Below, in pieces: positions 1-11,147 of a stretch of 64,000 bases of DNA. The position numbers and the translations under genes are program-made. This stretch comes from Polyangiaceae bacterium (GTDB lineage: Bacteria; Myxococcota_A; Polyangia; Polyangiales; Polyangiaceae), in contig WQZB01000008.1 in assembly GCA_009780955.1 (NCBI GenBank), forward strand, positions 13,368-77,367. Reading direction: 5' to 3'. Numbering within the stretch: the first letter of the stretch is position 1; the number at the start of each line of letters is the position of its first letter. The notes beneath the pieces were generated by a model. The model did no database searches and was not told the origin of the DNA. It saw nothing but the letters and a program-made list of their open reading frames with translations.

Positions 1-816
<816 letters not shown>

Positions 817-868
817 GCGCGAATGCTCGCGGCTTTGGCATCCAGATCGTACTTCCCTAGAAGAGTGT

Positions 869-1783
869 TTGACCGTGTCGGCGTTCAAGAAGTACCGCGA
901 CCTGGGGGTGGTCATCGTTCTGCTAGCGGTCCCCTTCTTCTTCTTGCGCGCCAACATGAAGGCGCCGTCGAACCTCAACGCGCTCGACCGCGCGGTGCTT
1001 CGCATCAGCGCCCCCATCGAGTTCGCCGCTTCGAGCCTTGGCCGCGGCATGTCGAACATCTGGGAAAGTTACGTGTACCTGGTCGATGTGAAAGCCGACA
1101 ACGAGCGGCTCGCATACGACAATGCGCGTTTGCGCGAGCAGGCTCACCGCCTCGAGAAGAACGAAGTCGAAAACCGCGAGCTTAGGCGCTTGCTGCAGCT
1201 GCGCGAGTCGCTGCCTGGCGATCAGGTGAGCGCGCAAGTCATTGGCAAAGACTTCACCGAGTTTTTCCGTGTCACACGCGTCGTGCTCGACCGCGGCTCG
1301 CGCAACATCCGCCCGAACATGCCCGTGGTTTCCCCCGACGGTGTCGTTGGCAAGGTGCTGCGGGTCGCCGGCGACGAAGTGGACGTACAACTATCGGTCG
1401 ATGCCGCGTTCGGCATCGACGTGGAAGACGAACGCACCCAAGCTCGCGGCTTCGTGCGCGGCACGGGCAACCCCTCGCGCTACGCATGCAAAGTGGAAAA
1501 TGTCGACTCGCGCGACGAAGTCGAAATCGGAGATTTGCTCGTTACCAGCGGCAAAGGCAAATGGTTCCCGAAAGGCCTGCCTGTTGCGCGCGTCACCAAA
1601 GTCATTAAACGCGAGCCCGGACGCGACCAAGACATCGAGGCAACGCCCACTGTCAATTTCTCGCGCCTCGATGCCGTGCTCATTCTCGTAACGCCTCCAC
1701 AAGACGAGGATGCCACGCCGAAGCCCGCCACTTCGCCGCCCGCCTCGCCCACCACGAAAGCCGCACCCGGAGGCAACCGGTGA
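869..1783 (+). CDS. mreC: Rod shape-determining protein MreC
   Basis: N-terminal TM, coiled coil, then LDRGS..GVVGKV and GDLLVTSGKGKWFPKGLPVARV; follows mreB. Confidence 0.95.
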   Translation: MTVSAFKKYRDLGVVIVLLAVPFFFLRANMKAPSNLNALDRAVLRISAPIEFAASSLGRGMSNIWESYVYLVDVKADNERLAYDNARLREQAHRLEKNEVENRELRRLLQLRESLPGDQVSAQVIGKDFTEFFRVTRVVLDRGSRNIRPNMPVVSPDGVVGKVLRVAGDEVDVQLSVDAAFGIDVEDERTQARGFVRGTGNPSRYACKVENVDSRDEVEIGDLLVTSGKGKWFPKGLPVARVTKVIKREPGRDQDIEATPTVNFSRLDAVLILVTPPQDEDATPKPATSPPASPTTKAAPGGNR

Positions 1784-2355
1784 GGAACACCGCGTTCTTC
1801 GTTGCCGGCATCGTTTTGCTGCTCGTGCAATCGAACCTGTTCCGCGTCATCGATCCGTTGCTCCGTCTCGCTGGTGTCATCGTCGGGCTGCAGGAAGACT
1901 TGGTCGTTCCAGGGCTTCTTCCGTCGCTCGTATTGCCGCTCATCCTGTTCATGGGCGTGCACGAATATTCCCTGCTGCGCGGCGCTGGCGTGGCCTTCTT
2001 GCTCGGCTACTTGACCGATCTGATCGGAGTCGCACCCATCGGCCTCTACACCTCGACGTACGTGGCGATTTACGTGCTTGCACGCGCCGCAGGCGTCCGC
2101 CTTGCAGCGCAGACGACGCCCATGCAGGCCGGGCTCGTCGTGGCTTTCACGCTCGTGCACAGCGTGATGCTCCTCGTCCTGCTCGCCATCTTCGGCGGCA
2201 ATGCCTGGGTTCCGCGCAAGCTATACCCAATGGCCATCCCGCACGTGCTTGCAACGGGAGCAGTTGCGCCACTCGTCTTCCGCATTGCATCGCGCATCCA
2301 CGCGGCAACCATGTCGGGCTCGTCAAAAGAGACGGCGGGAAGTGTGCGCGTATGA
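1780..2355 (+). CDS. mreD: Rod shape-determining protein MreD
   Basis: Hydrophobic multi-TM protein with GYLTDL motif; GTGA overlap with mreC. Confidence 0.85.
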   Translation: MRNTAFFVAGIVLLLVQSNLFRVIDPLLRLAGVIVGLQEDLVVPGLLPSLVLPLILFMGVHEYSLLRGAGVAFLLGYLTDLIGVAPIGLYTSTYVAIYVLARAAGVRLAAQTTPMQAGLVVAFTLVHSVMLLVLLAIFGGNAWVPRKLYPMAIPHVLATGAVAPLVFRIASRIHAATMSGSSKETAGSVRV

Positions 2356-4415
2356 CCAACCTTCTCGTCCCCCGCTCCGACGTCAGCGAGTTCCGAAAAC
2401 GCTATCGGTGGCTCGCCCTTTTCGCGTTTGTCGGCTTCGCGGCCGTGGTCCTCCGCCTCTTCCACCTGCAAATCATTCAAGGCGCGAAATACTCGCAAAT
2501 CGCACACGAAAACGTCATAAGGCGCGTTGCCGTGCCAACGACTCGCGGCATCATCCGCGATGCGCAAGGCAGAATCCTTGCTTCGAGCCGCCCGTCGTTC
2601 AATGTCCTTGTCGTTCCGGGCCGAGTCATGCCGAGCGCGCGGCCATCGCGAAGTAGCCGCTCGGCCGACGAGCCGGAAAGCTGGTCGCGCGTCGCCGACA
2701 CCTTGCGATTGAACCCCGACGAGCGCACGCGGCTAACGGCACGCATCCGAGATGCATGCGTAACCGACGAAGACAGATCGCCGTGCTGGCGGCCCATCTT
2801 GGTTCGCGAAGATCTTTCGCGCGACATCGTCGCCGAGCTCAAACAGCACGCAACCGAAGTGCCGGGGGTCGAGGTCGTAAGCCAACCCGTTCGCTATTAC
2901 CCATACAAAGAGCTTGGCGCACACGTCATTGGCTACACAGCCGAAATCGACGCCGACACGCTCTCGAAGTTCCGCCCAACGAATTGGGAAACGCTGAGCG
3001 CCGAAGAGCGCCAACAGTCCAATCCCCTCGGTTACGAGCCGGGCGACATGATTGGCGCAACCGGAGTCGAGCGCACGTGGGAGAGCTATTTGCGCGGCCA
3101 GCGCGGCTGGGAAAAGCGCGTCGTCGATGCGCGGGGGCGCTATCGGTCCGGTCCCGAGGCCGAGCGCCTGCTCGATGCTCCTTCGCGGCAGGAGCCGCTG
3201 CCAGGGCGCGATCTGCGTCTGACGATTGACGTCGATCTCGAACAAGCCGTCGAGCGCGCCCTGCGTCCGTACACGGCGGGCGCTGCGGTCGTTGTCGACG
3301 TTCGCTCTGGGCGGCTCCTCGCCGTGTACTCGAAACCCGAGTTCGATCCGAACGATTTGTCCGGCGGATCAGGAAGGGACCGCATCCGCGAAAGCTTCAA
3401 CAAACTTTACTCTGATCCGCTCCGCCCCATGCTCGACAAGACGATGAGCGGTGCGTTCGCGCCAGGCTCGACGTTCAAGCCATTCAGCGCTCTCGCCGCG
3501 CTCCAAGACAAACTCGTCAACCCGGCCGAACGCGAACGATGCGATGGCTACTTGTACTTCGGCCGCCGAGCCTTCCATTGCACGCACGTGCACGGCAAGG
3601 TCAACATGCATGACGCCATCGCGCAGTCTTGCAACATCTACTTTTTCAAGCTCGCCGAAGCCGTTGGCGTCGATCGCATCGCGCGCCTTGCGAGCGAGTT
3701 TGGTCTCGGGCAGAAAACGGGTCTCGGCGTCAACCCGGAGTCGCCTGGACGCATTCCAACGCGCTCGTGGTACGCGTTGCGGTACAAAGGCCAATTCCGC
3801 ATTGGCTTCACACTCAACACGGCCATCGGCCAGGGCGCAACGACCGTAACGCCGCTGCAACTCGCGCTTGCGTACGGCGCGATTGCCAATGGCGGCACCG
3901 TGTATTCGCCCCAGATCGTCCGCGCTGTCGAAACGAGCGACGGCGCCGTGGTGCAAGACTTCCCGCCGCGCGTGCGCCAGAAGGCGCAGGTCTCGCCAGA
4001 AAACCTCGCGCGAGTGAACGACGCGCTCTACGCCGTCGTCAACGACGAAAAGGGCACAGCGTTTCCGGTGCGCGACGCAACCCTCGAAGTGGCTGGGAAA
4101 ACCGGCACCGCGCAAACCGGTTACGTGAATACGAGCGGCGACGAGCCGAAAAAGGCCTGGTACATGTCGCGTGATCACGCGTGGTTTGCCTCGTACTTCC
4201 CGGCGAAGTCACCCGAGATCGCCGTGGTCGTCCTTGTCGAACATGGCGGCTCGGGTCCGACGATTGCCGCTCCGATTGCCATGCAAATCATTCGAGACTA
4301 TCGCCGCCTTGCGCAACCACACGCTACCAAAGCCGCGGGCGCCAAAGACGGGCACCAAAGCGGCCCAAGCGCCACCGCGATCAAGGCATCCCATCAAGAG
4401 CGCCCACGAGAATGA
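2352..4415 (+). CDS. mrdA: Penicillin-binding protein 2
   Basis: RGIIRDAQG dimerisation domain, PGSTFK (SxxK), SCN (SxN), KTGTAQ (KTG); ATG 2352 overlaps the mreD stop (the ORF-track start at 1710 is an over-extension). Confidence 0.97.
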   Translation: MTNLLVPRSDVSEFRKRYRWLALFAFVGFAAVVLRLFHLQIIQGAKYSQIAHENVIRRVAVPTTRGIIRDAQGRILASSRPSFNVLVVPGRVMPSARPSRSSRSADEPESWSRVADTLRLNPDERTRLTARIRDACVTDEDRSPCWRPILVREDLSRDIVAELKQHATEVPGVEVVSQPVRYYPYKELGAHVIGYTAEIDADTLSKFRPTNWETLSAEERQQSNPLGYEPGDMIGATGVERTWESYLRGQRGWEKRVVDARGRYRSGPEAERLLDAPSRQEPLPGRDLRLTIDVDLEQAVERALRPYTAGAAVVVDVRSGRLLAVYSKPEFDPNDLSGGSGRDRIRESFNKLYSDPLRPMLDKTMSGAFAPGSTFKPFSALAALQDKLVNPAERERCDGYLYFGRRAFHCTHVHGKVNMHDAIAQSCNIYFFKLAEAVGVDRIARLASEFGLGQKTGLGVNPESPGRIPTRSWYALRYKGQFRIGFTLNTAIGQGATTVTPLQLALAYGAIANGGTVYSPQIVRAVETSDGAVVQDFPPRVRQKAQVSPENLARVNDALYAVVNDEKGTAFPVRDATLEVAGKTGTAQTGYVNTSGDEPKKAWYMSRDHAWFASYFPAKSPEIAVVVLVEHGGSGPTIAAPIAMQIIRDYRRLAQPHATKAAGAKDGHQSGPSATAIKASHQERPRE

Positions 4416-5569
4416 GAAACCTTCGCGACCATGCGCGCTTGTTTGGGCTGCCGCGCGACCAATTCGACTGGGCGCTTTTTCTCACCGCGAGCGCGCTCGC
4501 AGTCATCGGCGTGATAAACCTTTACTCGGCAACGAGCGTGTCGCGCGCGGCGCTCTCCGACATCTACATTCAGCAGGTTTACTGGCTTGTGCTCGGGGGC
4601 ATCCTGGCCGCCGTGGTCGCGATGATCGACTATCGTCACTACGAGCGCCTTGGCTATGTGCTTTACGGCATTGGCATCGTTCTGCTCGTACTCGTGTTCA
4701 TTCTCGGCAAAGACATCCGCGGTAGCTCTCGCTGGATTCAGATTGGCAGTTTCAGCTTTCAGCCAAGTGAGTTCATGAAGCTCCTGATGATCATCGCCCT
4801 GGCGAAGTACCTGCACGACGATCCGAAAACCGATTCGCGAAGCCTCAAAGACTTGCTCATTCCCGCGGCTTTGGCGGCAATTCCCACGCTGCTCATTCTC
4901 AAGCAACCCGATCTCGGCACCGCTGTCATTCTCGCGTTCATCTTCGCAACCATCGCGTTGCTTACGAAAATCCGCTGGAAAAGCCTTGTCACACTTGCCG
5001 TTGCCGTTGGCATCGCCATGCCGCTGCTTTGGACCTACGTGTTTCACGACTATCAAAAGCAGCGAATCCTCGTATTCCTGAACCCCGAGTCCAACCTTCT
5101 TGGCTCGGGCTGGCACGCTCATCATGCGCGCGTTGCCATCGGGGCCGGCGGCGTTTCCGGCGAGGGTTTCATGCGCGGAACGCAAAACCAGTTTCTCTTC
5201 GTGCCCGATCAGCACTCCGATTTCCCCTTCGCCGTTTTCGCACAGGACTGGGGTTTTCTCGGGTGCTTGATTTTAGTTGCGCTTTACACTTTCTTGGTGC
5301 TCTGGGCCGTGCGCATTGCGGCAACTGCGAAAGATCGCTTCGGAGCCGTGCTCGCCATTGGCGTTGGCGCCTTGGTTTTCTGGCATGCGTTCTTCAACCT
5401 TGGCATGGTCACGGGCATCCTCCCCGTGGTCGGCGTGACGCTGCCCCTCTTTTCGGCAGGGGGTTCGAGCGTGGTCACGATCATGCTCGGCATCGGCCTT
5501 TTGATGAACGTATCGATGCGCCGTTTCTATGTTTCGCCAGCGCATGGCACTGGGCTGTCCACAAATTGA
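4412..5569 (+). CDS. rodA: SEDS glycosyltransferase RodA
   Basis: GSSRWIQIGSFSFQPSEFMK, KQPDLGTA, YQKQRI, PDQHSDF, GVTLPLFSAGGSS; ATG 4412 overlaps the mrdA stop. Confidence 0.97.
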   Translation: MRNLRDHARLFGLPRDQFDWALFLTASALAVIGVINLYSATSVSRAALSDIYIQQVYWLVLGGILAAVVAMIDYRHYERLGYVLYGIGIVLLVLVFILGKDIRGSSRWIQIGSFSFQPSEFMKLLMIIALAKYLHDDPKTDSRSLKDLLIPAALAAIPTLLILKQPDLGTAVILAFIFATIALLTKIRWKSLVTLAVAVGIAMPLLWTYVFHDYQKQRILVFLNPESNLLGSGWHAHHARVAIGAGGVSGEGFMRGTQNQFLFVPDQHSDFPFAVFAQDWGFLGCLILVALYTFLVLWAVRIAATAKDRFGAVLAIGVGALVFWHAFFNLGMVTGILPVVGVTLPLFSAGGSSVVTIMLGIGLLMNVSMRRFYVSPAHGTGLSTN

Positions 5570-5919
5570 TGATTTTTGCTCCCTCTTCTCATCTAAAAGC
5601 AAGTAGAAAACGAAGTTTACAGCCACGGCGGAATAATCCGTAAACACACGAAAATGCAAGCATTTATGCCACGTAAAAGGGTCACTTTTATCCCCAACCC
5701 TATTGACGCCTGTTGGTATGAACCGTCAGACTTCCATCCCGTGAGCCGCCGGTCCACGCCATGGAAGGACATCGTCAGAAGGCTTGCATCATTCACGCCC
5801 GGAACGATATCGTCCGGAGCCGTTGTGAAACGTACTCTCGTTATGCATTGCGCGACACTGGGATGAATTTGAGGTGGTCGGCCCTCTGAGCCCGACCACT
5901 TGAAGGGAACGGAGCAGAA

Positions 5920-6576
5920 ATGGGTACTCTTTGGACGCACTACAAAGCCGGCGGCCCTGTGATGATGAGCTTCATCGCTTTTTGGCTCGTCATCTCGATT
6001 GGGGTCATCCTCGAGCGAATTTACTATCTCTATGGCTCATCCATTAATAAGGAAGCCTTCCTCGCAACGATGCAAAAGTGCATCCTCGCGGGCGATGTGT
6101 CGAAGGCTGTGAAACAGTGTTCGGCGGAAAACGCACCTCTCGCGCGCATCGTTCAGGCGGGCTTGGTGAAGGTAAATCGCCCTGACGAAGAAGTGCAGGC
6201 CGCGATGGACGAAGCCGCTTTGCGCGAGATTCCGAAAATTGCATCGCGCACGGGCTACCTAGCCCTGCTCGCCAACCTCGCGATGCTTTCGGGTCTGCTT
6301 GGCACTGTTACGGGTCTCATCACGAGCTTCGGCGCCGTTTCGGGCGAGTCGGTCGACCCAAGCCACAAGGCGCGCGTGCTTGCTCAAGGCATTAGCGAGG
6401 CCATGAACTGCACTTGGTTTGGGCTTTTTGTCGCCATCATTTCGCTTGTCGCCTACGCCTGGCTCAACGGCAAAACCCAAAGCCTCGAAGACGACATCAA
6501 CGAAGCAAGCGTCCAGGTGCTCAATCTGGTCGTCAACAACCGCCAGAAAGTAAATCTGTCGGCCATCGCAGCCTGA
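5920..6576 (+). CDS. MotA/TolQ/ExbB proton-channel protein (AglR-like)
   Basis: Three TM segments with GLLGTVTGLI and GISEAMNCT motifs. Confidence 0.9.
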   Translation: MGTLWTHYKAGGPVMMSFIAFWLVISIGVILERIYYLYGSSINKEAFLATMQKCILAGDVSKAVKQCSAENAPLARIVQAGLVKVNRPDEEVQAAMDEAALREIPKIASRTGYLALLANLAMLSGLLGTVTGLITSFGAVSGESVDPSHKARVLAQGISEAMNCTWFGLFVAIISLVAYAWLNGKTQSLEDDINEASVQVLNLVVNNRQKVNLSAIAA

Positions 6577-6743
6577 GCCTGAATCACGCGCGTGCGCCTC
6601 TCATATGAGTAATGCGCGCAGCATAGAGCGGGCCCACGTGACCTACAGCGAGCTAAGTGAACCAAGCCAAGCGAAGCAAGTGAACCAGGCGAACCAAGCG
6701 AGGCTCCATCATGGGCCTCGCTCCTTCGGAGTCGGAGTTTCTC

Positions 6744-7322
6744 ATGGGTGGCATTGACGTCGGTGGTGGTGACAACAAAGGTCGAAGGCCGCTCGATTCC
6801 GAGATCAACATGATCCCGTTTATCGACCTTCTCATGGTGACCATCTCGTTCCTCCTCATCACGGCGGTGTGGTCACACATGGCTCGCCTCGATGCGGACG
6901 CCCAAGTGCCCGGCCCCCCACGCGAGGTCGAGCCAACAGACAAAATCGAGCCAGAAAAGCAGCTTCACGTCGAGATGCGCGCTTCCGACAAGTTCGTCCT
7001 TGAATGGAAGCAAGGCGCCACAGTCATCAGCAGTTTCGACGTTCCCCGCAAAGACAACCTTGTTGTCACGCAAAATGGCATCAAAGAGATTCGCTTCCCA
7101 GAGCTTGCTCAGAAGATCGAATCCGAGTGGAGAAGCGCTGGCTTGCATCGCGATGCATCGGACAGGAAGTTTGATACGGCAGTTCTTCACACCGACAACG
7201 AAACTGCGTACGTCTACTTAATCGGCGTCATCGACGCAATTTACGCCGCGCATCGGCCCGTCACGAAAGACGGTAAAACCGAGCAGGTCCCAGCTTTTAA
7301 CGTTACCTTCGCAATCAACTGA
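6744..7322 (+). CDS. ExbD/TolR family protein (AglQ/S-like)
   Basis: INMIPFIDLLMV TM with the conserved Asp; GGAG RBS before ATG 6744 (alternative start 6711). Confidence 0.88.
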   Translation: MGGIDVGGGDNKGRRPLDSEINMIPFIDLLMVTISFLLITAVWSHMARLDADAQVPGPPREVEPTDKIEPEKQLHVEMRASDKFVLEWKQGATVISSFDVPRKDNLVVTQNGIKEIRFPELAQKIESEWRSAGLHRDASDRKFDTAVLHTDNETAYVYLIGVIDAIYAAHRPVTKDGKTEQVPAFNVTFAIN

Positions 7323-7333
7323 GGAACTGAACC

Positions 7334-7873
7334 ATGGCGGTCCACGAGCCCGGTCGCAGACTGATGCATGCGATCCCTCTGAAGTTCGTTCAGAAACGAG
7401 TTAGCGGCAGCGGCCGCCGTTCCACCAATGCCAGTCTTTCGCTGACGAGCATGATCGACTTTTTGGTGGTTACGGTCGTTTTCCTCCTGATGACGTTCAA
7501 CGCGTCGGGTGAAACGCCTGTTGACAGGAACGTCAGGCTTCCCAGAGCCGAAAACACGATGGACGTCGTCCTGGCGCCCGTTGTGGCGGTGTCGGGCAGC
7601 GCCATTCTCGTCGACGGCGAATCTGCCGGCAACACGCTGGCAATCCAAGACAGCCGACGCCTGCAGCGCATCGACGAACTGTTCGCCAAACTTAAGGTCA
7701 AACGCGAAACCTGGAAGGAACGCGCCCCAGGCAAAGAGTTCCCGGGTGTCGTCATTTTGCAGATCGACCAAGATGTGCCCGCCATTGTTGTAAAAAGCGT
7801 CTTTCAGACAGCCGCATTCGCGGGCTATCCAAACGTCAGTTTCATGGTGGACGTCATTCCGAAGTCTCCCTAG
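7334..7873 (+). CDS. Second ExbD/TolR family protein (AglQ/S-like)
   Basis: SLTSMIDFLVV TM with the conserved Asp; ILQIDQDVP...AAFAGY periplasmic domain. Confidence 0.88.
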   Translation: MAVHEPGRRLMHAIPLKFVQKRVSGSGRRSTNASLSLTSMIDFLVVTVVFLLMTFNASGETPVDRNVRLPRAENTMDVVLAPVVAVSGSAILVDGESAGNTLAIQDSRRLQRIDELFAKLKVKRETWKERAPGKEFPGVVILQIDQDVPAIVVKSVFQTAAFAGYPNVSFMVDVIPKSP

Positions 7874-7880
7874 TCATCTC

Positions 7881-7927
7881 GGGGAGGCACGCGCCTCCCC
7901 GCCCCAAAAAAGCGCGGTTTTTTGGGG
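7881..7927. terminator. Two adjacent hairpins after the exbD-like genes (terminator/processing candidate)
   Basis: GGGGAGGC-ACGC-GCCTCCCC (7881-7900) and CCCCAAAAAA-GCGCGG-TTTTTTGGGG (7902-7927). Confidence 0.55.
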
Positions 7928-7960
7928 TCCCCACCCTACGCGAGCGCTCCGCTTGATTTT

Positions 7961-8947
7961 GTGGCAAACGAAAATCGAAAGATTGGTCTGAAGGCTATTG
8001 AAGCGGCTCGCGCTGAACGGGCACGCTCCAAGATTGGTCGAATCTCTGGCCTCTTTTTGGCTGTTGCGGGCGTGGGCGTGGCGTTGGCGCTGCTCGCGGG
8101 TTGGCTCGTATCCAACCGCGCGCTTGCACACGACAAAGAAAAGCTGCTTGCTGAGCAGCACGCGGCAATCAGCACCGTAGGCACCAAGTGGGACTTGCTT
8201 CGGGAAAAAATCGAGAAATTCACACTCGAAGCAGCTGGCCCTTACAAGGGTGATGACGTCGATCCCAGCGTGGTGAAATGGGATTTTCGCTTCTCGCCTG
8301 GCATTTACTTGCGCCTACGCATCGAAGACGCGGCGAATGTCTCTGAGCTTCGCAAAGCCATACAAAACTCGGTGAAAGACGCATTCACCGGCTGCCTCTT
8401 GCGAGAAACGACCCCCGCCATCGTTCACGGCGATCCTGATACGCCTGATGCGAGCGCGGCGCCCGCGGCACCGTGGAATCTGCGCAAAGCGTACAGTGCC
8501 GCGCGCGTGCTAACGGACGATTGGGCGGGTGAAGTGCGCGAAGCCGACAACAAGATGCGCCTTTTGATCTTTGAGCAAGAGTACGACAAGGCGAAGAAAG
8601 TCGATCTTCCAATACTCGTCGACATCACCACGAAGGCCGAGTTCTACTTGCTCGTGCTCGACGAAAACATGCCTGCCAAGGATTCCGCCGTGAATGACAG
8701 CACCGTGAATGAAAACTCGGGGGCACCAGGCGATCTGCAAGTGCCCCACCCCGCGCGCGTGCTTGTCATGAATCTCAAAACCGGCTCCGAGGTCGTGCGC
8801 TTGCGCAGAGTCGGCAACGCCGACGTCCGCATGATCGGAGACAGGGCTTTGCTGGACACAGAGGTGCGCGAAGCCGTGCGTCGCCAGGTGAACAACTGCG
8901 CGCTAGCAAACGAAGTGTGGTCGGCCATTCGACCGGCTTCACCTTGA
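7961..8947 (+). CDS. Hypothetical single-pass membrane protein
   Basis: Long ORF with one TM (GLFLAVAGVGVALALLAGWLV); GTG start inferred because the 7922 start lies inside a hairpin; last codons and stop come from the repeat at 8931-9073. Confidence 0.7.
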   Translation: MANENRKIGLKAIEAARAERARSKIGRISGLFLAVAGVGVALALLAGWLVSNRALAHDKEKLLAEQHAAISTVGTKWDLLREKIEKFTLEAAGPYKGDDVDPSVVKWDFRFSPGIYLRLRIEDAANVSELRKAIQNSVKDAFTGCLLRETTPAIVHGDPDTPDASAAPAAPWNLRKAYSAARVLTDDWAGEVREADNKMRLLIFEQEYDKAKKVDLPILVDITTKAEFYLLVLDENMPAKDSAVNDSTVNENSGAPGDLQVPHPARVLVMNLKTGSEVVRLRRVGNADVRMIGDRALLDTEVREAVRRQVNNCALANEVWSAIRPASP

Positions 8948-9073
8948 GGCGATTTTGGCCGATCTCTTCGTTGGCGGCTGCGGTGCCTGCGCACGTACCA
9001 CAACGTACGCTTACGCGGGCTCCTCGCCGCCGCCTCGACCTCGGCTCAAACTCGCCTCAACTTGAACGCGGTC
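8931..9073 (-). mobile_element. Structured mini-element (MITE-like), type-A termini, long core
   Basis: Minus strand reads GACCGCGTTCAAGTTGAGGCGA...TCGCCTCAAGGTGAAGCCGGTC; a ~48 bp core is identical to the one in 35148-35291. Confidence 0.8.
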
Positions 9074-9100
9074 TCGCGCCAGTGCGACGCCTCGTACAAA

Positions 9101-9790
9101 CTAACGTGGTGGGCGGTCGCCCAAATCGACCACGTGAGCGCCGAAGATCTGCTGCCACGAGGCGAGCACATTGAAATAAAGCGAACGATCGCTCGGCCCC
9201 GTGAGTTCGTCGCCAGCAAGGGCGTGATCGCTGAAGCGGCACCCGGCATGCACGCTCAGCATGGGGCCGGTGGCCTTTGAGAAGATGGGAAGATCAAACC
9301 CAATGCCGGCTTGTAGCCCGGGGCGGGCTCCGAAAGCGCTACCTTCTGGTTGCATGAAAACGGCACCGAGTTCGAGCCCGAACGAGTCGATAGCAAGATC
9401 GATGCGCGGCACACCGAGCTCCATGCCCTCGAGCCAGCGCGCAAAAAAAAGCGGACGCAACTCGACGCCGAATGCCACGATGCGGCGAGGGTCGGACTTT
9501 GCACTGGCCAGCGGCCCGTCTTCGTAGGTTGCGAAAATTCCTGCAGTTTGCAAGTATCGGAGGCGAAGATCGGCGGCGGCGCGAGGAGATCGTGGACCAA
9601 ACGTTACGCCAACGCCGGCCAGAGCAGCCATGTCGCCGTCGATACGACCATAGGCCGTGTCGATTTTCCTCGCAGCCTCGAGCACTGGGACAGAGTGTTC
9701 ATCGGCGCGCGCATTGCGTGCGTTCGATGATGCGAAGGCCGGAGCCAGCGCTGCGCCGACGGCGATGGCTGCCATGCGCGCACGCTTCAT
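9101..9790 (-). CDS. Hypothetical exported protein (possible small outer-membrane beta-barrel)
   Basis: Signal peptide MKRARMAAIAVGAALAPAFA followed by alternating hydrophobic strands; overlaps the HD gene stop. Confidence 0.7.
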   Translation of the reverse strand: MKRARMAAIAVGAALAPAFASSNARNARADEHSVPVLEAARKIDTAYGRIDGDMAALAGVGVTFGPRSPRAAADLRLRYLQTAGIFATYEDGPLASAKSDPRRIVAFGVELRPLFFARWLEGMELGVPRIDLAIDSFGLELGAVFMQPEGSAFGARPGLQAGIGFDLPIFSKATGPMLSVHAGCRFSDHALAGDELTGPSDRSLYFNVLASWQQIFGAHVVDLGDRPPR

Positions 9791-11079
9791 GAGCCCAGCA
9801 CGCGCGTGATGTCTTCGCGGAGTTCGGGAGAAAAGATGATGCGCACACGTGATATTTCTTGGCCAGCAAGGCGGCCAAGAAGGAACGACACATCGCGGAG
9901 TTGGCGCGCCGGGCCTTTGGAGAAAACGACGAGAAGCGACTCACCAAGCCCATCGCCGAATGGCGTGTCACTCGCTACGTCGAGCCCGACGAAAACATCT
10001 GGGTTCATGCCTCGGTCGCGCGCCACCTTGCGCGCCATCTCGAGCGCCTTTGCCCGACCTTCTGCAAGTGCTTGTTCGCCGAAGAGTTCGAAAGTTTTGA
10101 ATAGCTGGCGCTCGCGCACACGCATTGACAAATTTGCGAGATCGGCGTCAGGGCCGGATGCCCACGCGTGCATTGCCACCGTCAGCACGGCGTCGTCGAG
10201 CTCGAGATAGTCGGCAAGCAGAGGGGGCTCGCCGTGCGCTGCGTGGACGATCGCCCGCGGCGTACCAACGAGGCGCACGCCGCTCGCGATGAGCGAGCTT
10301 ACCCGCTTGAGCACCGTGCGGATCATCCACTCGGCCGAGCGAGTTGCCTTATGGAGGTAGACCTGTTGAAACATGGAAAGGCGGCCAAGGATAAACGCTT
10401 CGATCGCGGGCAAGCCCTTCGCACCGTCAATGGCAAGCCCCGGCGCTTGGCCGTCGAGAGCGGGCGCAAAGCGAAGGCTGCGAAAGAGCCAATCGAGATC
10501 GAAATTTCCGTAACGTACGCCGGTTGCGTGCGCGTCACGCAAAAGGTAGTCGCAGCGATCGACATCGAGCGTGCCGCTGACGGCGCGCGCGAGGTACGGC
10601 AAAGGGTGCTCGCCACGAATGAGCGCTGCTACGCGCTCGGGCATGTGAGAGTCAATGCTTGCGAGTTTTTGGTGAACCGAAGTGGACGGATCAACAATGA
10701 TCTTCTCGGTCCAGTCCTCATGGTGTTTTGTACCCAAAATAGCGTCTTCGAACAGATGCGACAGCGGTCCGTGCCCCACGTCGTGAAGAAGAGCCGCTGC
10801 GAGCGCGTCTTGCGCTCGGTCGCTCGTAACCTGCTGCCAGAACGGCAGCTCGCCATGGATTTGGCGCAAACGCGAAATGAGCAATTTCATCACGTGAGAT
10901 GTGCCAATCGCGTGGGCAAACCGGGTGTGCTCGCCTCCTGGGAACGCGTACGACGCAACACCGAGCTGACGAATGCGGCGCAGGCGCTGGACCTCCGGCG
11001 TGTCGATGAGCTGGGGGATCACGCGCTCTTCGTCGGCCTCGAACGACACGAGCCCGTGCACCGCATCGCGCAAGATCAT
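9787..11079 (-). CDS. HD-domain phosphohydrolase (YwfO/SAMHD1-like)
   Basis: RDAVHG, QRLRRIRQLG, HTRFAHAIG, LLHDVGHGPLSH, DVDRCDYLLRD, VYLHK. Confidence 0.92.
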   Translation of the reverse strand: MILRDAVHGLVSFEADEERVIPQLIDTPEVQRLRRIRQLGVASYAFPGGEHTRFAHAIGTSHVMKLLISRLRQIHGELPFWQQVTSDRAQDALAAALLHDVGHGPLSHLFEDAILGTKHHEDWTEKIIVDPSTSVHQKLASIDSHMPERVAALIRGEHPLPYLARAVSGTLDVDRCDYLLRDAHATGVRYGNFDLDWLFRSLRFAPALDGQAPGLAIDGAKGLPAIEAFILGRLSMFQQVYLHKATRSAEWMIRTVLKRVSSLIASGVRLVGTPRAIVHAAHGEPPLLADYLELDDAVLTVAMHAWASGPDADLANLSMRVRERQLFKTFELFGEQALAEGRAKALEMARKVARDRGMNPDVFVGLDVASDTPFGDGLGESLLVVFSKGPARQLRDVSFLLGRLAGQEISRVRIIFSPELREDITRVLGS

Positions 11080-11147
11080 GACGGAGCCTTATGCCTTGCA
11101 CGGCGGGCATTCATCGCGCAAAAAGGCATACCCTGTTGCTACTAAGT

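Noticed and set aside
1710-2351. N-terminal extension of the 901-aa PBP2 ORF
   Set aside because: It overlaps mreC/mreD in another frame; the true start is ATG 2352. The same applies to over-extended track starts for rodA, pyk, pdxA, tldD, moeA, acxABC, recA and the GNAT gene.
5570-5919. Possible riboswitch upstream of the TolQ-like gene
   Set aside because: Only generic hairpins and a near-palindrome (CCGGAACGATATCGTCCGG); no recognisable aptamer consensus.
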